Assembly (NCBI GenBank): GCA_964493385.1
Contig: CAZBNW010000002.1
Span: 19,793 to 74,972, forward strand
Length of the DNA: 55,180 nt
Direction of reading: 5' to 3'
Source of the DNA: an uncultured archaeon
Lineage (GTDB): Archaea; Asgardarchaeota; Lokiarchaeia; Sigyniarchaeales; SOKP01
The position numbers and the translations under genes were made by a program. Under the pieces are notes generated by a model, which ran no database searches, was not told the DNA's origin, and worked only from the letters and a program-made list of their open reading frames with translations. This document shows positions 41,711-50,075 of the stretch, one piece after another. Position 1 is the stretch's first letter. Each line of letters opens with the position of its first letter.

Positions 41711-41994
41711 TTTCAGTCTTCCTTACATTTGGTTTGAATATAATTCGAATTAATTTTAATATGTAAATAATCTTCTCTACTTTTCTTTTTAAACAGCTAT
41801 AATTTCTGCTATTTAAATTATTTTCTTTAAAAATCTATTAATTTAATAAGTGTTATCTTTAAAAAACAATCAAGATCGATAATATGAAAATTCCTAGAGG
41901 AGTCTACTGCTATAAGTGGTGGATTCTAAACAAATATAATTTTTGGAATCAAGAGAAGTTGAAAAATAAGAAAATAAAATATGGAATCCGTAAA

Positions 41995-42075
41995 GGATTC
42001 TAAAGCCAATTAACCTCCTATTTCTCCACTATATGGCATACTTTATATCTTCATTCACATTTTTAAAGTGAACGA
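41995..42075. repeat. Dispersed direct repeat, copy 2
   Basis: 81 bp matching copy 3 with one mismatch; preceded by hairpin GAATCC-GTAAA-GGATTC. Confidence 0.97.
42010..42039 (-). CDS. Putative RiPP precursor micro-ORF MPYSGEIGG, copy 2
   Basis: Identical 30-nt ORF. The optional 5-codon extension (MKIYS) is broken by TAA in this copy, pointing to the second ATG as the start. Confidence 0.5.
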   Translation of the reverse strand: MPYSGEIGG

Positions 42076-42319
42076 AAAAACTTTTATACAAATATTTGGT
42101 GTCTTGTGAATATTTCCCTTTTAAAAATAAAATCCATTGAAATGAATTATAATCTAAAGACTCGATTATTAAAGTATTTTATAGTCAGAAATGACCGTTT
42201 GGAATCACGTAAGATCAATTAAAGCTAATTTACCAAAAAAGGTTTGTTTTATGATATTATCATCTGAAATTATAAAAAGATTATTTAAAAAATAGAGAAA
42301 TAATGTTAGAAACCTCTAC

Positions 42320-42400
42320 GGATTCTAAAGCCAATTAACCTCCTATTTCTCCACTATATGGCATACTATATATCTTCATTCACATTTTTAAAGTGAACGA
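42320..42400. repeat. Dispersed direct repeat, copy 3
   Basis: Same core; preceded by imperfect hairpin TAGAAACC-TCTAC-GGATTCTA. Confidence 0.97.
42335..42364 (-). CDS. Putative RiPP precursor micro-ORF MPYSGEIGG, copy 3
   Basis: Identical 30-nt ORF with the same TATA spacing and downstream hairpin/T-rich tract. Confidence 0.5.
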   Translation of the reverse strand: MPYSGEIGG

Positions 42401-45400
42401 TAATAAATTAAAAAATAGAAAAATATTTAATAATAAAATAAAGAATTTAAAATTTTTTTATATGCTTGGATACATTGTTTACGAAACTTTAGAAGAATTA
42501 TCTAAGGCAAAAGAATTAAGCCAGATACAAAATATTTTTACCACACTTATTTCTGAATTAGCTGATTATCTTAAGCTACAGCCCATATGCCAAGATATAA
42601 CAATAAAGTTACTCGATAAAGAAAATTTTACAAGAAGAGAGCGTGTATCCATTCTTGATTTTGGAGTTAGAAAAATAATCCAAAATAATAACTTAGTAAT
42701 ACAAATTGATAAAACCTATAAAAGGTTTTTACCTTTTATTTTGCTTAGAGAAGCATATTATTCTTTCGTTCCTAAAGAAGCAAGTGAGCTCGTTAAAATA
42801 TGTATTAACCAAATTGTAGAAAATAATCTCAGTAAGTTATCAGTTTCCAAAGAATGGGAAAATTTAACAAGAGATTCTTTAGTAGATAGTGATTTTTTGG
42901 ACTCTCAATTTGACAAATTACAAAAATTTTTCAAAATTGAAGCAAAAGAACCGTTTGAAAATACTCTACAATTTTTTTTCAAGGAAATGAGGGATAAAGC
43001 GCTATTAAGCCATGATGGAAATATTGATAAGTTATATGATGTACTTTTCGAAAGTTATGAATATAAGACCTCTAGATCCTTATTTAATAAAGATATTGTA
43101 GAAACATTAAGGATATTAATTAAATTATTTTATGAAAATAAATCATACATACATCTTTCCGATTATCAAGCCCTATTTAAAAAATTCAAGGAAAATCACC
43201 AAATTGAAACCGATTTAAGTCTACGAAAATTTAATGAGAGTCTCCAATGGATTAATAAATGTACTTCCATCGCCCCCACTTATGATGTTTCTCGTAGTAT
43301 CATTGACCTTTACCAAATTATAGGAATTATAAAATTCAATCCAATTTTAGAAAAAAACAAAATCAAGACGTTAATGGAAGTTTGGCCGTTCTATCAAAAC
43401 CCAAAATTTTCAGAAAATAGTTTTGCAACAGAAATCTCTTTGTACATCAATGTCCCTAAGGCGTATTTAAATGATTTATTAAAATATTTTGATAGATTAG
43501 AAGCATTGGGATATATTATTAAAACACAATTTTACCGTGTCTTAAATAAGACATCAAATATCAATCTAAATTATTATACAGACATAATCAATATAAATAG
43601 AATTATTGATCCAAATAATATCAAGTATGAAAAGAAATATGAAATTGAAACCATAATAGAATTTCCTACTATTTCTCGTCCACTTCAACTATCTATTTTT
43701 GATTGTACTATTTTAGAACGTGTAAGATATCTTTCAGTTACAGGTCTAACTTTTGATAAAAGAGTAGAAACATTAAATGCCATAAAAGAAGATGTCGAAA
43801 ATGAATTGAGAAAACAGATCATAATTAATAAAAAGTTTAATAAAAGTTTAGATAAAGTATTGAATTCAGCCAAGTTAAAGCAACAATTTTTATGGTTTTT
43901 AAATGAAAATCTGGAAAAAATGGATGGATTTTTCTATTTACATGAAAAAATAAATAAAATTGTGAGCTACTTATATTTAATAGAAAAAATATTAAAGAAC
44001 AACCCAGATATTTCTAATATTTATCAGCTTCAGGCGTTTCTAAACACAAGTACAGTTTCTAAGACCATTAAAGACCATCTACTTATTCGAAATAAAAATA
44101 TCAAAAAAATTGTTTTTCATGAGACTCTTCCTTTATATTTTCAATCTAAAAATATATTTAGAAAAGAAGTGGAAAAAATTCAAGTCTTTTGCAACGTGTT
44201 TAATGCCTGTTATGACCTAAAAATTTTAGACCTAAAAGAGTTGAGAAGAATTGTTCAAGAGGGTAAAGTAGAGGATTCTAGTATAGCTGAAGAAATCTAT
44301 CGAAAAAGAGAAAAAAAATATGAGAATGTTTTCAAATCCGTAAGCTCATATAAAATAACGAAAGAGAGGATGGAATCTACAATTGATGCATTTTTAAATC
44401 ATAATCCACCCTTAATTCAACCCATTTTAATAAATACAATCCTTGCAAGCTTGTTTGCAAAATATTATCCCTTCTTAGTACTTAAAGATACCCCCGAAAC
44501 TCATGAAAAACTTAATAAGCTAAGAATTTACTTTCCTAAAGTATTTATATGGGAAATGTTAGATTTAACCAATAAAAAAAGTTATATTTCCTTGCTAATT
44601 TATCTCGTAAACCTAAAGGAAAAGGACCTATTTTTATCTATTTTATATACTTATTTTAAAGATTCTATTATTACAATAAACCGTTATTTTTGGAGAGGTG
44701 TTGAAAGAACATCACTTATTCCAAAAGATTTCTATGATTTTGAAAACAAACAATTTTTTTACGTAAAGGGGCTTTTTAACCAATTATACACTTATTCTCA
44801 AAAAATTCTTGGTGAAATATTGGAATGGCCTAAGTATCAATTGAATGATAATATACAGGAAATTTTCTGGTCAACAAAACAAAACATGGATACATTGATA
44901 AAGACTGTAAAGCATAGAATTTCACATCAAAAAATAGAGTTTAATTTAAGAGAATTAGATGATATGTCAGAGTTTAAAAAAAATTTGGAGACCAATTTAT
45001 TGGATCGTGCTAAATTTATAGATGTAAAAGCTAAAAAATTTTTCAAGAGATATATAAAGTCAATAAAATTTCTTCCGGCTTTTCAAAAAATCGGCTTTTC
45101 ACAATATTATCTTTATTTTCGTCCGTTTTATTATAGATCTCCTACTTTTGAAATAGACTTCAGACTATTATTTATAAATACGTTCCAAAATATTAAATAT
45201 CCTGCTTGTATTGAGCCTAACACACCAATTATTTGTAAGTATATTTTTCCCTTCGGGACTCCTAATAAGACTTATTTAAATTGGCTTGTAAAATCAAAAA
45301 AAAATGTTTTTGAGTATTGTCTGTTCTATAAAAAGAAATTCTATGACATTTTCCACTTTAATCGCAATTTAACAAATGAAGGTTGGAATTACTCATCAAT

Positions 45401-46127
45401 TAGATTTAAATCATACATGCAAGATGTTTTATTCAATCCTACATATAATCCAAAGATTTCAGGAATAAGAGAATTCGATATAAATGAAAAATCCGAGCCT
45501 GATATTTATGGACCAGAAACTCAAGAATATGAATCTTTAACTCAAATATATAATATTCATTCTATTGATGTTAAATCATATTTAGGAACAAGAAATTATT
45601 CCATTATTAACAATATTACTGAACTCCTTCAAAAGAAATTAATTTTCCCTTATTTATCATTAAAAAATTTAGATTTTCAAGAGAAAATTTCAATAATTTT
45701 ACCCAATATTAAACAGGATTTAAATGATGAGATAATAAAAATATTTGGTTTTTTTAATGTGTGTCGAATATATGAAATTGAAGGTGAATACTTTATCTAT
45801 GGTTTTGAAGACATAAAGCCATTTAAAAATGGACTTTTAATCGAAATTTGGTTCCCTAAATGCGAAGTTGATGAATTTTTTGAAATTTTTGACTTGCTAT
45901 TTCAATTTTTTAATGTGAAATATCGCCTAATCTTGAGTGATTTAGTTAATGGAAATACCTTACTCAAGTCAATTTACGGAAATTTGGACTTTTTAAATTC
46001 ATATAATCCGCTATTAAACCTTAAATGGAATGAAAAGGATAAGATCTGGATGAACCATACGCTTTTTAATGAAAAATTCGAACCAATTTACCCAGATTTA
46101 ATCCTTAAGAAAAAGGATCAGGTTTAA
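42393..46127 (+). CDS. Very large hypothetical protein (up to 1244 aa)
   Basis: 3.7-kb uninterrupted ORF rich in F/Y/K/N/I; alternative start at ATG 42462; no catalytic motif recognised. Confidence 0.88.
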   Translation: MNDNKLKNRKIFNNKIKNLKFFYMLGYIVYETLEELSKAKELSQIQNIFTTLISELADYLKLQPICQDITIKLLDKENFTRRERVSILDFGVRKIIQNNNLVIQIDKTYKRFLPFILLREAYYSFVPKEASELVKICINQIVENNLSKLSVSKEWENLTRDSLVDSDFLDSQFDKLQKFFKIEAKEPFENTLQFFFKEMRDKALLSHDGNIDKLYDVLFESYEYKTSRSLFNKDIVETLRILIKLFYENKSYIHLSDYQALFKKFKENHQIETDLSLRKFNESLQWINKCTSIAPTYDVSRSIIDLYQIIGIIKFNPILEKNKIKTLMEVWPFYQNPKFSENSFATEISLYINVPKAYLNDLLKYFDRLEALGYIIKTQFYRVLNKTSNINLNYYTDIININRIIDPNNIKYEKKYEIETIIEFPTISRPLQLSIFDCTILERVRYLSVTGLTFDKRVETLNAIKEDVENELRKQIIINKKFNKSLDKVLNSAKLKQQFLWFLNENLEKMDGFFYLHEKINKIVSYLYLIEKILKNNPDISNIYQLQAFLNTSTVSKTIKDHLLIRNKNIKKIVFHETLPLYFQSKNIFRKEVEKIQVFCNVFNACYDLKILDLKELRRIVQEGKVEDSSIAEEIYRKREKKYENVFKSVSSYKITKERMESTIDAFLNHNPPLIQPILINTILASLFAKYYPFLVLKDTPETHEKLNKLRIYFPKVFIWEMLDLTNKKSYISLLIYLVNLKEKDLFLSILYTYFKDSIITINRYFWRGVERTSLIPKDFYDFENKQFFYVKGLFNQLYTYSQKILGEILEWPKYQLNDNIQEIFWSTKQNMDTLIKTVKHRISHQKIEFNLRELDDMSEFKKNLETNLLDRAKFIDVKAKKFFKRYIKSIKFLPAFQKIGFSQYYLYFRPFYYRSPTFEIDFRLLFINTFQNIKYPACIEPNTPIICKYIFPFGTPNKTYLNWLVKSKKNVFEYCLFYKKKFYDIFHFNRNLTNEGWNYSSIRFKSYMQDVLFNPTYNPKISGIREFDINEKSEPDIYGPETQEYESLTQIYNIHSIDVKSYLGTRNYSIINNITELLQKKLIFPYLSLKNLDFQEKISIILPNIKQDLNDEIIKIFGFFNVCRIYEIEGEYFIYGFEDIKPFKNGLLIEIWFPKCEVDEFFEIFDLLFQFFNVKYRLILSDLVNGNTLLKSIYGNLDFLNSYNPLLNLKWNEKDKIWMNHTLFNEKFEPIYPDLILKKKDQV

Positions 46128-46191
46128 AAACTATAGAATCGAATAAAATTTAAAAGATTTTAAAAAACTAATTACGAGAGTTACTGAATCT

Positions 46192-46677
46192 ATGGAAAAA
46201 GATAATAAAAACGAAGAATCACCCAAAAAAATCAAAGTTCAAGATAAAGAAGGTTTAACAGTATCTTATGATAAGGAGGAGTTAAATGAAAAATTCCCCC
46301 ATTTGATAAGGGAGATGTCGGAAAAAACGAAATCAATAAAAATTGATTCCATTGATATGGCTATTGAGCAAAATCATAAAGAAGAGGTTCAAGAAACTAA
46401 TAATTTATATCCAAATGAATTATACAAACCCGGAGCAATTGATTTTATGAGAAGATGTACAAAAAAAGAGGAGGCAATTGATATTTTGGATTATTTATTG
46501 CAAAGGAATGAAATTACTCAGGAAGATTATAATTCTTACAAAAACATCATTTCGGAAGAAGGAGGTTTGAAGAAGCTTATTAATGAGAGCGGTGGTCCAA
46601 AAAAGCCGGGATATTATTTGGAAAAATATTATTTTAAGAACGATAAAAATCAAAAATTAAATAGTAATGAGGATTAG
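46192..46677 (+). CDS. DUF2095 family protein
   Basis: KFPHLIREM, PGAIDFMRRCTKKEEAIDILDYLLQRNEI and GPKKPGYY. Confidence 0.85.
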   Translation: MEKDNKNEESPKKIKVQDKEGLTVSYDKEELNEKFPHLIREMSEKTKSIKIDSIDMAIEQNHKEEVQETNNLYPNELYKPGAIDFMRRCTKKEEAIDILDYLLQRNEITQEDYNSYKNIISEEGGLKKLINESGGPKKPGYYLEKYYFKNDKNQKLNSNED

Positions 46678-46684
46678 TATCATT

Positions 46685-46759
46685 TGACAGATGATGACCT
46701 TATGACAAAGTTAGCTGCTTGCTCGGTAGCGATGACGTTGTCGCCCCAAACTGATGTCA
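46685..46759 (+). ncRNA. Probable C/D box guide sRNA
   Basis: Terminal stem TGACA/TGTCA, C box ATGATGA (46691-46697), D box CTGA (46751-46754) and internal C'-like CGATGA; GC-rich island in an AT-rich intergenic gap. Confidence 0.75.
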
Positions 46760-46773
46760 TCCCTTATTAAAAA

Positions 46774-47022
46774 TTATTCTCCTAATCTTTTTCGAAAAAG
46801 GAATCCTTTATTTGTTAAGAAGTATTCATTATTGTTTTTTGTTATAAGACCCAATTCAAGTAAAACTGGAATTCTACCATTTATACAGGATATTGGCAAA
46901 CCAGAAAACAATTTAATTGTTTCATAATTTCTTGCACCTTTATCGATTGCTACAAGAATTTCAATTCCCATATAACCTAAAAGGTTTTTTAAATCTTCTT
47001 GAGTTTCTTTTTCCTTAGTCAT
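46774..47022 (-). CDS. Small winged-helix protein
   Basis: EILVAIDKGARNYETIKLFSGLP...LLELGLI...YFLTNKG wHTH pattern. Confidence 0.75.
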   Translation of the reverse strand: MTKEKETQEDLKNLLGYMGIEILVAIDKGARNYETIKLFSGLPISCINGRIPVLLELGLITKNNNEYFLTNKGFLFRKRLGE

Positions 47023-47043
47023 TATAAATCGTTTGAATAAGTA

Positions 47044-48255
47044 TTATTTTTTGGGAGTTGTCCTTTTTTTAGAATTTTTACTTTTTTTACTTTTTGAAGT
47101 TTCTTTACGTTCTTTTAACTTGGTTATATATTTATCTGCAACTACAGGTTTGGATTCTTTAGGTAATAATTTCCTCATCCATTCAGGAAAAGCTGTGGTA
47201 ATTTGTAAATTTGTTTTTAAAACAATATAGGTTTCTCCGTTGTAATTTAATTCTTCAATAACATCATATTTTTTTAAGAAATCTATATTTTCCATTAAAG
47301 AATCTAAAGATTTTTTTGATACTAATTTAGGTAATTTATCTTTTGAAATTAATCCATTTCTTAATTCTGAAAGAACATTATATTTCTTTGGATCCGCCAT
47401 TATTTGAAATAATGTAAAAGCATCTTCTTTTATTTCTTCCTTAGTTTTCTTCTCATATTCACTAAAGTATTCTTGAACTTTGGGAAGAAGTAACTCTATC
47501 AGTTCTGGTTTATCATCAATATACTCAATGACGCTATCTGGGGGGATTCTTTCAGCATTTACTTCTTTTACTAGAAGTACATATTTCTCTACTAAGCCTA
47601 TTTGATTAATAAAAATAAATTGCCGTTCATCTAAAGTTTCAATAATTTCATTAAAATCCTTTTCAGGGAAATTTTCAATAAACCATTCTCTTAGCCCTTC
47701 TAACAAGATAGGACCTTCTGATAATTTTTCATGGGTCTTAAATATATGTCTATCATTTAATAAAATGGCAATTTTCTCTTCTTCAGTTTTTTCTCTTGTG
47801 TCTTCGATAATTGCCCAATATAAATTATTTACCCATGCTTTTATTAGAGAGTCGTTTTTAATAATGCTCTCCTGATCATCATCGTCAAAATTGTTTATAT
47901 CTTTTATATAAAATGCTGTAAAAATCTCTTCATTTGATTGCAACTGTTCTGAAAACTCAGCACATAAAATCGAGATTCTCTCTTCAATCTCAGGAGGAAT
48001 TTGTTGATCAAGAATTGTTGAAACCATTAACATTTCTTTGTTTCCTCGAGCCCAATCAGAATGGATCTCAAAGTAATAATTCATTGATTTTAGATTTTCA
48101 AACGAATGTGTGAAAAAACCCTCACTAAATTGCTGATCCATGATGTTAGCTATTTTACCTGATAAGTCCTTATCTAATATATCCTTCGGATAAGAATAAA
48201 ACACTAAAGGACCAATTTTTCGATGAAAATATGATAAGGCGACGATTGTCTTCAA
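47044..48255 (-). CDS. Longin/uDENN-like domain protein (eukaryotic signature protein)
   Basis: N-terminal IVALSYFHRKIGPLVFYSYP resembles the F-H-x-x-x-G-P start of uDENN/Npr2-type longins; YYFEIHSDWARG; C-terminal wHTH-like repeats. Confidence 0.65.
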   Translation of the reverse strand: MKTIVALSYFHRKIGPLVFYSYPKDILDKDLSGKIANIMDQQFSEGFFTHSFENLKSMNYYFEIHSDWARGNKEMLMVSTILDQQIPPEIEERISILCAEFSEQLQSNEEIFTAFYIKDINNFDDDDQESIIKNDSLIKAWVNNLYWAIIEDTREKTEEEKIAILLNDRHIFKTHEKLSEGPILLEGLREWFIENFPEKDFNEIIETLDERQFIFINQIGLVEKYVLLVKEVNAERIPPDSVIEYIDDKPELIELLLPKVQEYFSEYEKKTKEEIKEDAFTLFQIMADPKKYNVLSELRNGLISKDKLPKLVSKKSLDSLMENIDFLKKYDVIEELNYNGETYIVLKTNLQITTAFPEWMRKLLPKESKPVVADKYITKLKERKETSKSKKSKNSKKRTTPKK

Positions 48256-48452
48256 TTAATGAATCTCCATAGCGGTTTATTTATTAAATAACAAGAATAG
48301 CTAATATTTATCTGTTTAACTTAAAATAAATTAATATTAAAGATTATATATTATTAAAGATAAATAAATTTATCTTAACTTAACCTCTAATATCCTAGGA
48401 TAATTAATATAAGCGATCAACTTTCATTATTATTATAAATTTAAGATAATAA

Positions 48453-49208
48453 TTGAATATGACAATGTGTCCCATAAAATTAGTTGGCTTTGATTTAGAT
48501 GATTGTTTATTTGACTCTACAGGATTATCTGAAAGAGCTAGAATTAAAGGAATTGATGCGATGATTAACTTAGGCTTAATAATAGAAAGAGAGAAAGCAA
48601 TTCGGGCAATAAAAGAAATAGTGAAAGAATATGGCTCAAATTCTTCAAAGCATTATAATTATTTCCTTCGAAGATTGAATCAGATGGATGAAAACATAGA
48701 ATTTATATCTTATAACGACCGATATAAATATATCGCTGCTGCAGTTATGGCATACCATGAAGAAAAGGTAAATTCAATAGAATTATATGATGGTGTTGCA
48801 GAATGCTTAAAGAAATTACAGGACCTATCAATAAAAACAGCAATTATAACCGACGGAATCCCTATAAAACAATATGAAAAAATACTAAGACTTAAAATTG
48901 ATGAAATGATTGATTTAGTAGTTATTTCAGATGAAATAGGAATAAAAAAACCTAATCCTGAGCTATTTAAATACTGCTTGAAAAAGTTTGGAGTTAAAGG
49001 TCATGAAACAATATATATTGGAGATCGAATTGATAAAGATATAATTCCAGCAAATTTGAATAATATTTATAGTATTTATCTTCATAGAGGAGGAAAATAT
49101 GACACTTATAAAGAGAATCTTAAAATCCAAGAAAGATTTAAACCTGATTATGAGATCTCTAATTTAAATGAATTATTTGATATAATCGACGAGATAAACA
49201 ATAAATAA
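48453..49208 (+). CDS. HAD-superfamily hydrolase
   Basis: FDLDDCL, IITDG, KKPNP and IGDRIDKDI. Confidence 0.93.
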   Translation: MNMTMCPIKLVGFDLDDCLFDSTGLSERARIKGIDAMINLGLIIEREKAIRAIKEIVKEYGSNSSKHYNYFLRRLNQMDENIEFISYNDRYKYIAAAVMAYHEEKVNSIELYDGVAECLKKLQDLSIKTAIITDGIPIKQYEKILRLKIDEMIDLVVISDEIGIKKPNPELFKYCLKKFGVKGHETIYIGDRIDKDIIPANLNNIYSIYLHRGGKYDTYKENLKIQERFKPDYEISNLNELFDIIDEINNK

Positions 49209-49212
49209 TTGT

Positions 49213-50046
49213 ATGGTAATATATGAAATGAGAGTAGCGTGTATTCAACCCCAAATTTTTCAAGAGAGAACTAGATGCTATTTTGAAATTGAGCAAATTT
49301 TAAAAAAGCTATTAGAAAAACATAATAAATGCGATATAATATGTCTACCGGAAAGGTGGGTTCCATTTTTCAGCAATTCAATTAAAAATTTTCAGGAAGA
49401 AAGAGGAAATGATTATAATTTCGTAAAAAATTTAGCTAAAGAGTACAATATAAGATTTTTATCTGGAGCTATTTGGGAGAAAAGAACTAAATTAAAAAAA
49501 CCAGCCATTACTTGTTATTTTTTTGATGAAAATGGTGAAGAAATCGGCCGACAAGATAAAATTCACCTTTATGCTTATGAACAAGAATATTTTGATCCCA
49601 GTAAAGAATTGATGCTATTTAAAATTAACAACTCCTACTATTTTACAATTCTTATCTGTTTTGATATGGCCTTTTTTGAAACTCCTCGATTGGCAGTCGA
49701 AAATGGAGCAGATATTTTATTTTCTCCCACTCAAATAAGGGAGGATGGAATGGAAAATTGGAATATTTATCTAAAAGCACGTGCTCTTGAAAATAGAGTG
49801 CCTGTTGTGGCGTGTAACACTTTTGGAAATTATTTAAAAAGAAAATTTCTAGGGAATAGTAAAATAATTTCTTTCTATGAAGGAAATATATCTCCGTCTA
49901 AATTAAAAATTGTAGAAGGACCAACAGGTTCAAGTGGTTTTATTTTTGATGAGATAGATTTAAATTTTCCAAGAAAATTAAGAAATATTCGGCTAAAAGA
50001 AAAAATTGATAAGAGCAAAATAAAAGTTAAAATAATTAATAATTAA
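49213..50046 (+). CDS. Carbon-nitrogen hydrolase (nitrilase family)
   Basis: LPE, QDKIHLY and ICFD (E-K-C triad); ARALEN. Confidence 0.92.
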   Translation: MVIYEMRVACIQPQIFQERTRCYFEIEQILKKLLEKHNKCDIICLPERWVPFFSNSIKNFQEERGNDYNFVKNLAKEYNIRFLSGAIWEKRTKLKKPAITCYFFDENGEEIGRQDKIHLYAYEQEYFDPSKELMLFKINNSYYFTILICFDMAFFETPRLAVENGADILFSPTQIREDGMENWNIYLKARALENRVPVVACNTFGNYLKRKFLGNSKIISFYEGNISPSKLKIVEGPTGSSGFIFDEIDLNFPRKLRNIRLKEKIDKSKIKVKIINN

Positions 50047-50075
50047 AGAAATCAAACATGATCCTGTAAATTGAA

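Noticed and set aside
38796-42400. Triple repeat as a CRISPR array
   Set aside because: Only three copies, 63-81 bp long, spaced 3.2 kb and 325 bp apart; no regular spacers and no cas genes.
35888-47230. Antisense ORFs in the SDR, rSAM, 1244-aa and longin genes
   Set aside because: Fully overlapped by stronger genes on the other strand.
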